From contig JAZQAZ010000008.1 of the NCBI GenBank assembly GCA_045545475.1, positions 32,001 through 96,000 on the forward strand: a DNA stretch of 64,000 bases, given 5' to 3'. Position 1 is the first letter of the stretch; every line of letters begins with the position of its first letter. This DNA is from Clostridia bacterium. Lineage in GTDB: Bacteria; Bacillota; Clostridia; CAKSNL01; HGM11501. This document shows, one piece after another, positions 1 to 9,097 of the stretch. The notes under the pieces are model-generated. The model had not been told where the DNA came from and did not search any database. It saw only the letters and a program-made list of their open reading frames with translations. The translations under genes were made by a program, and so were the position numbers.

Positions 1-8
1 GAAGCGAA

Positions 9-3000
9 ATGATTAAAAAGATAATTTCAATAATTTCTGCGGTTTTAATGCTTTTAACCATATGCGTGATGGCTCCATCTTTGGCTTCCGGTGCCGTATG
101 CTATGTGGACAGCGAAGCAAACACCTTTGAATCATTAGCAGAAGCCCTTAAAGCGGGAGGAGAAATCCACCTTTTAAGTGATGCCGAGCTTGATTGCTCA
201 TCACATTTTTACAACCTCAATGCAAAGCTTTACGGTCACGGTCATACCGTAAAAGTACTTAACGGCGAATGGCACGTTGACTTAAAGTGCAACCTTGCAC
301 TTTACGATGTGACAATCGACTTAAATCAGAAGAGCATGGTTGTATCGGGTAACACCACCGTTCTTACAATAGGGAAGGGCACAACCATCAAAAACGGTCT
401 TGCCAACAACGGCGGTGCCGCAATAATGTATGTTCAGAGTAAAATTATAATGGAAGACGGTGCACTAATCACCGATTGTAAGGCAAACTACGGCGGTGGT
501 GGTATCCACACCCATCAGGGAACCTTTGAAATGAAGGGTGGTAAAATCACCAACTGCACAGGCGGCGGTGTAAACGTTGCGGCAGGAAGCACATTTATCG
601 TAAGCGGAAATGCAACCGTTACAGGCAATAAAAAATCTGACGGAAGCACTCTTAACGTAAATGTGCAGACGCCTATAAAGGTAACCGGCACTCTTACAGG
701 AAGAATCGGCGTAACGGTAAAAGCTGACCTTGGAAATCAGTTTGGTGTAATTGAAGGAACTGCATCCGGGCTTAACGCTATTGTAAGCGATACCGATTCC
801 TCGTTGGTTGGAACACAGAGCGGCACAAACGTGGTGCTTGGAAACGGAAAGGCGTCTACTCCTGTTGAAACACCCGCAGGAAACACAACACCTGCTACAC
901 CGTCTGTTCCTTCCGCACCTGCGTATACCGGCGAATACGGAAATACATCAGCAAATTCCAAGGGAAATATTTCCTATGACGGAACAGGTTCTGTGTGCTA
1001 TGTGGGAAGCGAATCCAACACCTTTGACAGCCTTAATGATGCTCTTAAAGCAGGAGGAGATGTCCACCTTTTAAGACACGCTGAGCTTGATTGTTCCGCT
1101 AATTTCTACAACCTTAATGCGAAAATTTACGGTCACGGATATTCAATCAGAATAAGCGGAGAATGGCACATCGACTTAAAGTGTAATGTTGCACTTTACG
1201 ATGTGACAATCGACTTAAATCAGAAGAGCATGGTTGTATCCGGTGACACCACCGTGCTTACAATCGGTAAGGGCACAACCATTAAAAACGGTCTTGCCAA
1301 TAACGGCGGTGCCGCAATTATGTATGTTCAGAGTAAAATCATAATGGAAGAAGGCTCACTCATCACCGACTGTGCGGCAAACTACGGCGGTGGCGGCATC
1401 CATACCCATCAGGGAACCTTTGAAATGAAGGGCGGTAAAATTACAAACTGCACAGGTGGCGGTGTAAATGCGGCATCCAGCGGTACATTCATCGTATCCG
1501 GCGGTGCAACCGTAACAGGAAACAAGTCTAAAGACGGCAGTGCCACACTTAATGTAAACGTACAGAATCCCATAAAGGTAACAGGAGCACTTACAGGTAA
1601 AATCGGCGTAACCGTAAAGGCTGACCTGGGAAATCACGTTGGCCTTATTGAAAATTCGGCATCCGGTCTTACTAATATCGTAAGTGATTTAGATGCAAAT
1701 ATGGTAGGCTCTGCTGACGGTACAAAGGTTGTGCTTGTAAAGAAATCCGAAGCTGTGTCAAGCGGTGAAGCCTTCAAGGAATCAGGCGATGCCTGCTATG
1801 CAGGAAGCGAAACTAATACTTTTGCATCTGTTGACGAAGCCATCCGTGCAAAAGCAGGGGATATATACCTTCTTCGCGATGCAAAGCTTGAATGCTATAA
1901 AAACTATTACGGTGCTTCTGCTGCCATCTACGGTAACGGCCACACCTTAAAGCTTGAAGCAAAGTGGAATATCGACCTAGGAAGTGATATTAAGCTTTAT
2001 GATATCACTGTTGACTTAAATCAGAAAAACATCGGCCTTTCCGGTGCAAAGCTCACATTGGGCAAGGGCACAACCCTTAAAAACGGTCTTGCCGATAACG
2101 GCGGTGCAGTTCTTTTATACTCTGCAGGCGAAGGCAAGGAAGCAATTTTAACAATGGAATCAGGCTCCCTTATCACCGACTGTAAGGCAAACTACGGCGG
2201 TGGCGGTGTCCACGCTCATAACGGTATATTTAATATGATGGGCGGCAGTATTAAAAACTGCGTTGGCGGCGGTATCAATGTACCCAAAACATCCAAGGTT
2301 AAAATTTCCGGAGATGCTGAGGTAGTTGACAACAAGGACTCTAAGGGTCAGATATTCAATGTTTCCGCAAAGGAAGATGCATCGGCACTTACCTTTGAAG
2401 GCAAGCTTACAAAGAAAATCGGCGTAACAAATAACCTTTCAGAAGGCGAAAAAATTGCCAATGCAATTAATGTGGAAGGTGCAGAAAACATAACACTTGA
2501 TCCCAAGGGTGCATATATGGCGAAGGCAGACGGGGATAAGCTTGTATGGGTTAAAAATCCCAACTCCACAGCCAAGGCTCCCACGGAAGGCTATGTTCCG
2601 AAGACCGGCTGGACAATTGAAGTTAACTCAAGAAATGAACAGGCATCAAGAATGATTGACGGTGATAAAAACACCTACTGGCACTCCAATTACAGAGCGG
2701 AAGCAGGCTCAATCGTTGAAAAGGACGACCTTCCTTTTATAATCGACGTTACACTTCCCAAGGCGACACTTGTTTCCGGCGTTGAAATTCTTCCCAGACA
2801 GGACTCCAATTCATCCGGTGTACCAACAAGAGTTAAGTATTATGCCGAGCAGGACGGGGAATGGGTACTTCTCTTTGATGCCACATATCCCAGCGGACAC
2901 GGCGTAAAGAGACAGGCTTTTGTAAGAAATATTGAAGTTACAAAATTCAGAATAGAATTCGTTGAAGCTGTGGCAAACTATGGTACACTTGCTGAAATTG

Positions 3001-3923
3001 ACTTCCTTTCAAAGGATGATAAAAAAGAAACAGTTACCGCAAAAGAGCTTGTGGTAATTGAAGAAAAGGAAGCACTTTATCCTCTTGATAAGAGCCAGGC
3101 ATCCGTTTCATACACTTATGACTGGTGGGGCAATAACCATATAGACAAAGTAATTGACGGCGTGGATGCAACCTTCTGGCAGGTTGGTACTGCAAGAGTG
3201 CCTAATGACTTTGAATTCACAGTTGACCTTGGCGAAGTTAAGAAAATGTCTGCAATTTCATACTTCCCCAGACAGTCTGCAGACATGGACGGTTACTGGG
3301 TTGAATACTCCGTAATGACAAGTATCGATGGCGTTGATTTCATAATTGATGTTGATCACGCAAGAATTGAGGAAAGCGAAAGACATTTCGGCCGTCATTA
3401 CAGCTATTTTGAAGAGCCTATAGAAGCCCGTTATGTAAAGTTCTTTATCCATAAGGGTAAAGGAAATATCGCATCCTGCGGTGAGGTTGACTTCTACGAA
3501 AATTATGAAATCCGTAAGGAGAGACTTGAAGCAGAAGCCGAGGAATACAAACTTGTAATAGGAAGTACGGAGATTACTCATAAGGGCGGAACTGCAAACC
3601 TTGACGTTGCACCTTATATCGAAAATGGAACAACCTTTATTCCTTTGAGAGGATTGCTCGAACTCATGGGTGCTGAAATTGCCTGGGATGGAGAAGTTCA
3701 GGGTGTAACAATCAAGAAGGGCGATACGGAAATTTATCTCCAGATACGCTATAAAAATGTATATGTAACGACTACAAAAAACGGAAAGCTTATGTATACG
3801 CTCCTCGCACCACCCAGAATTACGGATAATCGCACATTTGTTCCGATACGTTTTATTTCAGAACATTTAGGATACAATGTTTCGTGGGACGGTGCTACAC
3901 AGACAGTTACAATAACAAAATAA
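9..3923 (+). CDS. Secreted modular surface protein: signal peptide, three ~250-aa beta-helix-like repeats, Pro/Thr linker, two discoidin (F5/8 type C, CBM32-like) domains, C-terminal copper amine oxidase N-terminal-like domain
   Basis: Hydrophobic N-terminus; NGLANNGGA..ITDCxANYGGGG repeated three times; MIDGDKNTYWHS and VIDGVDATFW discoidin motifs; DVAPYIENGTTFIPLR...RTFVPIRFISEHLGYNVSWD C-terminal motif. Confidence 0.75.
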   Translation: MIKKIISIISAVLMLLTICVMAPSLASGAVCYVDSEANTFESLAEALKAGGEIHLLSDAELDCSSHFYNLNAKLYGHGHTVKVLNGEWHVDLKCNLALYDVTIDLNQKSMVVSGNTTVLTIGKGTTIKNGLANNGGAAIMYVQSKIIMEDGALITDCKANYGGGGIHTHQGTFEMKGGKITNCTGGGVNVAAGSTFIVSGNATVTGNKKSDGSTLNVNVQTPIKVTGTLTGRIGVTVKADLGNQFGVIEGTASGLNAIVSDTDSSLVGTQSGTNVVLGNGKASTPVETPAGNTTPATPSVPSAPAYTGEYGNTSANSKGNISYDGTGSVCYVGSESNTFDSLNDALKAGGDVHLLRHAELDCSANFYNLNAKIYGHGYSIRISGEWHIDLKCNVALYDVTIDLNQKSMVVSGDTTVLTIGKGTTIKNGLANNGGAAIMYVQSKIIMEEGSLITDCAANYGGGGIHTHQGTFEMKGGKITNCTGGGVNAASSGTFIVSGGATVTGNKSKDGSATLNVNVQNPIKVTGALTGKIGVTVKADLGNHVGLIENSASGLTNIVSDLDANMVGSADGTKVVLVKKSEAVSSGEAFKESGDACYAGSETNTFASVDEAIRAKAGDIYLLRDAKLECYKNYYGASAAIYGNGHTLKLEAKWNIDLGSDIKLYDITVDLNQKNIGLSGAKLTLGKGTTLKNGLADNGGAVLLYSAGEGKEAILTMESGSLITDCKANYGGGGVHAHNGIFNMMGGSIKNCVGGGINVPKTSKVKISGDAEVVDNKDSKGQIFNVSAKEDASALTFEGKLTKKIGVTNNLSEGEKIANAINVEGAENITLDPKGAYMAKADGDKLVWVKNPNSTAKAPTEGYVPKTGWTIEVNSRNEQASRMIDGDKNTYWHSNYRAEAGSIVEKDDLPFIIDVTLPKATLVSGVEILPRQDSNSSGVPTRVKYYAEQDGEWVLLFDATYPSGHGVKRQAFVRNIEVTKFRIEFVEAVANYGTLAEIDFLSKDDKKETVTAKELVVIEEKEALYPLDKSQASVSYTYDWWGNNHIDKVIDGVDATFWQVGTARVPNDFEFTVDLGEVKKMSAISYFPRQSADMDGYWVEYSVMTSIDGVDFIIDVDHARIEESERHFGRHYSYFEEPIEARYVKFFIHKGKGNIASCGEVDFYENYEIRKERLEAEAEEYKLVIGSTEITHKGGTANLDVAPYIENGTTFIPLRGLLELMGAEIAWDGEVQGVTIKKGDTEIYLQIRYKNVYVTTTKNGKLMYTLLAPPRITDNRTFVPIRFISEHLGYNVSWDGATQTVTITK
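96..2560 (+). repeat. Intragenic tandem domain repeats (copies at about 96-840, 993-1740 and 1790-2560)
   Basis: Copies 1 and 2 align at an offset of 894-897 nt with long identical DNA runs (gcactttacgatgtgacaatcgacttaaatcagaagagcatggttgtatc at 297 and 1191); copy 3 is more diverged. Confidence 0.9.
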
Positions 3924-3927
3924 ATAT

Positions 3928-3960
3928 AAAGAAGCTGCGGATAACCGTGGCTTCTTTTTT
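3928..3960 (+). terminator. Intrinsic terminator
   Basis: aaagaagctgcgg-ataa-ccgtggcttcttt followed by a T run. Confidence 0.8.
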
Positions 3961-3971
3961 GCAAAAATATA

Positions 3972-4000
3972 TTGTCAAACTGTGAAAAAAATAGTATAAT
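3972..4000 (+). promoter_or_regulatory. sigma-A promoter of the SPFH gene
   Basis: TTGTCA-17 nt-TATAAT. Confidence 0.65.
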
Positions 4001-4039
4001 TATCTACTGAGTTGTATACTTGGAAAGGAGATAGAGATT

Positions 4040-5347
4040 ATGGGATTGTTAAAAGCAGGTATCGGAGCACTCGGAGGAGTTTTGGCTGACTCCTGGAGAG
4101 ATTATTTTTATTGCGAAAGTATGGACGCTGATGTTCTTGTGCAAAAGGGCGAAAAGAAGGCGGGGGGCAGAAGCTCTAATAAAAAAGGAACAGATAATAT
4201 TATTTCAAACGGCTCGATTATTAATGTAAACGAAGGTCAGTGCATGATTATCGTAGAATCCGGCAAAGTTGTTGAAGTTTGTGCAGAGGCGGGCGAGTTT
4301 GTCTATGATACTGGAACGGAGCCCAGCGTTTTTTACGGAAACCTTGGCGAAAACATTAAAAAGAGCTTTGCTGAAATAGGTAAGAGATTTACCTTCGGTG
4401 GTGAGCCTGCGAAGGATCAGAGGATTTACTTTTTCAATACCAAGGAAATTATGGGAAATAAGTACGGAACACCATCGCCGATTCCTTTCAGAATTATGGA
4501 TCAGGCAATAGGATTTCCTCTTGATATAAAAATCCGTTGTCATGGAGAATATTCTTATAAAATTACAAATCCCTTGCTCTTCTACACCAATGTCTGTGCC
4601 AATGTGAAAGACTGCTTTACAAGAGATGAAATTGACGGACAGCATAAGTCAGAATTACTTACAGCACTTCAGCCTGCTCTTTTCAAAATATCACAGAATA
4701 ACATTTATTATGCGGCAATTCCGGCTTATACAATGCAATTGTCCGGAGAACTCAATGAACTTTTGTCATCCAAATGGAGAGACAGACGAGGCGTTGAAAT
4801 AGTTGAATTCGGAGTGTCAGGAGTAAATGCTACAGAAGAAGATGAAGCAAGGATTACAGAGTATCAGAGATCTACTGCTATGGGAAGAAATGCTGATATG
4901 CTGAGAGGCCATATGGCAGGAGCAACCGCTCAGGCAATGAATACTGCTGCAGCAAATGAAAACGGAGCCATGACAGGTTTTATGGGAATGGGAATGGCAC
5001 AAAATGCCATGGGTAATATGGCAGGCTTTGCACAGGGGAATCAGACAAATCAGCCCACAATGAATGAGCAGCCTGTTAATAATGGATGGACTTGCTCCTG
5101 CGGTAAAATAAGTACCGGCAAATTCTGTCAGGATTGCGGAAAGCCTCAGCCGTCTCAGGTTATCGGATGGACTTGCGCATGCGGTGAAACGAATCAAGGA
5201 AAGTTTTGCCAGGAATGTGGGAAACCGAAGCCTGCAGGTGCTCCTTTATACAAGTGCGATAAATGCGGATGGATTCCGGCTGATCCTACGAATCCTCCTA
5301 AGTTTTGTCCTGAATGTGGAGACATCTTTGACGAAAACGATAAATAA
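4040..5347 (+). CDS. SPFH/Band-7 domain protein (YdjI-like) with C-terminal zinc ribbons
   Basis: IISNGSIINVNEGQCMIIVESGKVV SPFH-type start; Gly/Met-rich linker; WTCxCG..GKFCQxCG twice plus CDKCG..FCPECG; RBS ggaaagga. Confidence 0.8.
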   Translation: MGLLKAGIGALGGVLADSWRDYFYCESMDADVLVQKGEKKAGGRSSNKKGTDNIISNGSIINVNEGQCMIIVESGKVVEVCAEAGEFVYDTGTEPSVFYGNLGENIKKSFAEIGKRFTFGGEPAKDQRIYFFNTKEIMGNKYGTPSPIPFRIMDQAIGFPLDIKIRCHGEYSYKITNPLLFYTNVCANVKDCFTRDEIDGQHKSELLTALQPALFKISQNNIYYAAIPAYTMQLSGELNELLSSKWRDRRGVEIVEFGVSGVNATEEDEARITEYQRSTAMGRNADMLRGHMAGATAQAMNTAAANENGAMTGFMGMGMAQNAMGNMAGFAQGNQTNQPTMNEQPVNNGWTCSCGKISTGKFCQDCGKPQPSQVIGWTCACGETNQGKFCQECGKPKPAGAPLYKCDKCGWIPADPTNPPKFCPECGDIFDENDK

Positions 5348-5353
5348 GGTAAA

Positions 5354-5410
5354 TAAAAGCACCCAATGGGTGCTTTTATAATAATAAATACCGCCGAACG
5401 GCGGTATTTT
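5354..5410. terminator. Two adjacent hairpins between convergent genes
   Basis: taaaagcaccc-aat-gggtgctttta (5354-5378) and aaataccgccg-aa-cggcggtattt (5386-5409). Confidence 0.75.
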
Positions 5411-6248
5411 ATTTTATTGATTCCTTTCTGTATTTAAGCGGTGATTTTCCGGTTTTCTCCTTGAATATTTTACCAAAATAGGAAACGCCGGAAAAACCGG
5501 TCATTTGAGAAATATTCACTATTGATAAATCGGTTGATAAAAGTAATTGTTCAGCTTTTTTTACTCGCTTATCATTTATATAATCTTTTACTGTGGTTTT
5601 ATAGTTTTCGTGAAACAAGTTATAAAGTACACTTTTTGAAATATTTGTATGGACTGAAATTCCCTGAACAGTCAAGTTTGTTCCAAGGTTTTCGTCGATA
5701 TATGAATTAATCATGGATAGTCTTTCGTCGGTTTTTAAAGTGAGAGTTTTTTCAAGAAGAATGTGTTTTGCTATAATTTCTGCAATACGTGATATGCTTT
5801 CTATTCTGTTTATGTCCGATGGAGGTATTTCGTTAAAGAGCATTTCGGCAACGGCCGGGTTTATACCAAGGCATGCAATATGATTTTTTACGTCTGAGAA
5901 AGAAGTATCACAGCGAATCTGGCCAAACATAATGTATCCTATGACGGTATCCTCAAAAATTATGGGAACTGCAACATCGATTAATCCTGCATGGCAAACA
6001 TGCGGAACCGACACTTTCTTTTCACAGCATTCTTTTAAAATATATTTATCAGACCTAAGACACATTTTTTTGCCGTTTTTTGTTCCCTGAATGGCTTTAC
6101 AGTATAAGTTTTTTTCCCAGTGGAATCTGTCGGTCAAAGGCGTGAAGTCACTCTTTAACAGAACCATATTAATTCCTGTGGCGTTATAAAAGTCGTTAAG
6201 AATTTTATTGGCTTTTTCATAATCGTAATTAATAATCATATATATCAC
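5409..6248 (-). CDS. AraC-family regulator with PocR ligand-binding domain
   Basis: DFYNATGI..YCKAI..CLRSD..HVCHAGLIDVAVPI PocR pattern; C-terminal AraC HTH GFSGVSYFGKIFKEKTGKSPLKYRK. Confidence 0.85.
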   Translation of the reverse strand: MIYMIINYDYEKANKILNDFYNATGINMVLLKSDFTPLTDRFHWEKNLYCKAIQGTKNGKKMCLRSDKYILKECCEKKVSVPHVCHAGLIDVAVPIIFEDTVIGYIMFGQIRCDTSFSDVKNHIACLGINPAVAEMLFNEIPPSDINRIESISRIAEIIAKHILLEKTLTLKTDERLSMINSYIDENLGTNLTVQGISVHTNISKSVLYNLFHENYKTTVKDYINDKRVKKAEQLLLSTDLSIVNISQMTGFSGVSYFGKIFKEKTGKSPLKYRKESIK

Positions 6249-6390
6249 CGTTTCCGTTATATCATACTAAAGTGCTTTTGTCAATAAATTATCTAGAAAA
6301 GGAATTTAGTTATAAAATTCGGGAAATATACATCTTTTTTTAGCATAAACACTGTGTTAATATGCAGGTAAAAGAAAAGGAGGAATAAAT

Positions 6391-7698
6391 ATGGGTAAAG
6401 CAACGGATTTCCGTTATAACACCGGAGATACAAATGTACCGTGGGCGGCGGTAGGTGAAAATTATAATGCAGAGGATTTAATGGAAATAATAAAGTTCCT
6501 CATGCAAGGAGAAGGAAAAGAATATGAGGAAGCAATTACGGCAATAAAGGATCAGATTGAAAAGCTGGATAAAATTTCCACACCTCCGGGGAAGCTTTCA
6601 CTGGGAAGTAAGGTCGAAGAAGCAGAGAAGAAGTGTAACGAATATCTTGGGACCGAAAGTTCCACTTTTGTTACCAATGCAACGGCGGGATTTGAAATTG
6701 CATATAAATATGCGAATCTTAAAGAAGGGGATGAGGTTATTGTTCCGGCAATAACTTTTGTTGCAACTATGGCATATCCTCTGGCGGTGGGAGCAAAACT
6801 GGTTTTTGCAGATGTTGATCCTGTTACTATCAATATGAATCCTGATGACGTTGCAAGAAAAATTACCGATAAGACAAAAATGATAGTTCCTGTGCATATA
6901 GGAGGCTATCCTGTGGATATGGAGCCTATAATGAAACTTGCAAAAGAACGCAATATTTTAGTGCTTGAGGATGCCGCACATGCATTCGGTGCAATGTATA
7001 AAGGTAAGATGGTGGGCACCATCGGAGATTTTGCGGCTTTTTCCATGCACGAGGTGAAAAATATCACTTCGTTCGGTGAGGGAGGTATTCTTACAACCAC
7101 CGTTCCCGGCTTTGAAAATGAAATGAAGCGTGCAAGATTTTTAGGACTTGATTTTACCTGTCCCATAAAGGATTGGCTTTATAATATTACTCCGATTAAG
7201 GGAAAGGAACATCCTTTTGTTCCGGGAAATGCATCAACTACGGAAATTCAGGGCCTTGGATTGACACTTCAGATTGCAAGAAATGAGGCGATTATTGCAG
7301 AAAGAAAGGCGGCAGCGGAATACCTTAATAAGCGTTTTTCAGAAAATGATGCAATAATTCCGCAGGATTTGGGAAATGCTGAAATTAAGCCTACCTTCCA
7401 TCTTTATCTTTTACAAATAGATCCGGAAAAAGCAGGAGGAGATGTTCAAAAGTTAAAGAAAAAGCTTGCTGAAAAAGGCGTTACCCAGATTGCACATTTC
7501 GGCCCCTTATACCGCTTTAAGATTGTTCAGGACATGGGATATGATTCTGATGAAATTGCAAAAACATGCCCTGTATGTGAAGAGGTATTTTATAAGAGAT
7601 ATACTCATCTGCCGCTTTACGGACTCTCGGAAGAGCAGCTTAAATATATGGCTGATGCTGTTTTATCTTCTGTTTCTGAAATGCAGAAAGGCGATTAA
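6391..7698 (+). CDS. DegT/DnrJ/EryC1/StrS-family PLP-dependent aminotransferase
   Basis: GDEVIVPAITFVAT, VLEDAAHAFGA, FSMHEVKNITSFGEGG (PLP lysine); RBS aggagga. Confidence 0.85.
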   Translation: MGKATDFRYNTGDTNVPWAAVGENYNAEDLMEIIKFLMQGEGKEYEEAITAIKDQIEKLDKISTPPGKLSLGSKVEEAEKKCNEYLGTESSTFVTNATAGFEIAYKYANLKEGDEVIVPAITFVATMAYPLAVGAKLVFADVDPVTINMNPDDVARKITDKTKMIVPVHIGGYPVDMEPIMKLAKERNILVLEDAAHAFGAMYKGKMVGTIGDFAAFSMHEVKNITSFGEGGILTTTVPGFENEMKRARFLGLDFTCPIKDWLYNITPIKGKEHPFVPGNASTTEIQGLGLTLQIARNEAIIAERKAAAEYLNKRFSENDAIIPQDLGNAEIKPTFHLYLLQIDPEKAGGDVQKLKKKLAEKGVTQIAHFGPLYRFKIVQDMGYDSDEIAKTCPVCEEVFYKRYTHLPLYGLSEEQLKYMADAVLSSVSEMQKGD

Positions 7699-7701
7699 AT
7701 C

Positions 7702-7739
7702 AAAACAAGCTCATCCGCTTCGGATGAGTTTGTTTTTTT
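7702..7739 (+). terminator. Intrinsic terminator
   Basis: aaacaagctcatccg-ctt-cggatgagtttgttt plus T run. Confidence 0.85.
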
Positions 7740-7750
7740 ATTATGTATAC

Positions 7751-7779
7751 TTGACTTTGATGATTAGATATGGTATCAT
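7751..7779 (+). promoter_or_regulatory. sigma-A promoter of the RyR-PrsW-YitT unit
   Basis: TTGACT-17 nt-TATCAT with TG extension. Confidence 0.55.
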
Positions 7780-7867
7780 TTTTTAATAAACAGAAATATA
7801 AAATTAGCGGAATTTATGTTGATTTAAGAAAGTGTTTATTGCGTTATAAGACAGAAGGAGGAATAAT

Positions 7868-8158
7868 ATGTATAAACCAAATCCTATAGATACAAGCGAT
7901 ATAGTAATTCCTGAGGGATTAATGGAGTTAACTGAAAAAATCGCTGAAAATGTTCACGAGAACTGGGCCGCAGGCAGAATTGCCGAAGGGTGGACTTATG
8001 GAGAAAAAAGAGACGATAATAAGAAAACCACACCATGTCTCGTGCCTTATTCTGAATTGTCGGAATCGGAAAAAGAATATGATAGAAATACGGCTATTCA
8101 GACAATAAAGTTGATTGTTGCTTTGGGATATAAATTAGAAAAAGAAAGTGATATATAA
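7868..8158 (+). CDS. Stand-alone RyR (ryanodine receptor repeat) domain protein
   Basis: YKPNPIDTS..EKIAENVHENWAAGRIAEGWTYGEKRDD.KKTTPCLVPYSELSESEKEYDR matches the RyR repeat consensus; RBS aaggagg. Confidence 0.85.
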   Translation: MYKPNPIDTSDIVIPEGLMELTEKIAENVHENWAAGRIAEGWTYGEKRDDNKKTTPCLVPYSELSESEKEYDRNTAIQTIKLIVALGYKLEKESDI

Positions 8159-8183
8159 ATAAAGTTTGCTTGGGGGATGAAAA

Positions 8184-9080
8184 ATGGGGATTGAGAGTTG
8201 GCTTTTGATTGTCGCTGCAATTGCACCGGCAGTAGTTTTAGGCGGATATATTTTTAAGAAAGACAGGGTAGAAAAAGAACCTTTAAGCCTTTTGGCTTTG
8301 ATTTTTGCCATGGGCGTTTTCTCTTGCTTTCCCGCAATAATACTTGAAGAAATCGGAGAAGGATTGATTCTCGGGTTTATGGGAGACAGTATTAAAGTTA
8401 CAGAAGATGGTATTTACAGCATCGGAACAGGGGCATATTATATATACCAGGCACTGACTGCCTTTTTGGGAGTTGCTCTTATAGAAGAATTTTGCAAATG
8501 GTTTGCGATGAAAGGTGTTACGGCCAAACATAAAGAATTTGATAATATTTTTGATGGTGTTGTATATGGTGCTTTTGCGGCGTTGGGATTTGCTACTCTG
8601 GAAAATATATTGTATGTGCTTAATTACGGTTGGGGTACAGCTTTTACCAGAGCGTTTCTTTCCGTTCCGGGACACTTATCGTATGGAGTTATAATGGGAT
8701 ATTACTATAGCTTGTGGAAAATAGCTGAAAAAGCTAATTCACTGGAAAAGAATCTTAAAATCCAAGGAAAAATTCCTATGTATGCCAAAGAAATTTCGTA
8801 TAAGAAATTTGCATGGCTTAGTGTAATAGTGCCGACATTTTATCACGGAGCATACGATTTATGCTGTTTTTTGGGAAACGAAGCGGCAACATATACTATG
8901 GTTGGACTTGTAATATTCTTATACATATATTGTTTTGGGAAAATCAAAAAGATGTCGAGGGCAGACGGCTCAATAAGGAATTATTATATCAATGTAATAT
9001 TGGAAAAATATCCCGGACTTTCTGCTGATGTGGAAGCATCAGATAAAGAGATTTTGCGGGAAATCATTGAAAAGGCGTAA
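8184..9080 (+). CDS. prsW: PrsW-family intramembrane glutamic protease
   Basis: KKDRVEKEP, ALIEEFCK, GFATLENILY, SVPGH, FYHGAYD motifs; multiple TM segments. Confidence 0.85.
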   Translation: MGIESWLLIVAAIAPAVVLGGYIFKKDRVEKEPLSLLALIFAMGVFSCFPAIILEEIGEGLILGFMGDSIKVTEDGIYSIGTGAYYIYQALTAFLGVALIEEFCKWFAMKGVTAKHKEFDNIFDGVVYGAFAALGFATLENILYVLNYGWGTAFTRAFLSVPGHLSYGVIMGYYYSLWKIAEKANSLEKNLKIQGKIPMYAKEISYKKFAWLSVIVPTFYHGAYDLCCFLGNEAATYTMVGLVIFLYIYCFGKIKKMSRADGSIRNYYINVILEKYPGLSADVEASDKEILREIIEKA

Positions 9081-9097
9081 TGCCGGGAGGATTGCAA

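Noticed and set aside
96-2560. CRISPR array or mobile repeat
   Set aside because: Repeats are long, in-frame protein domain duplications with no repeat-spacer pattern
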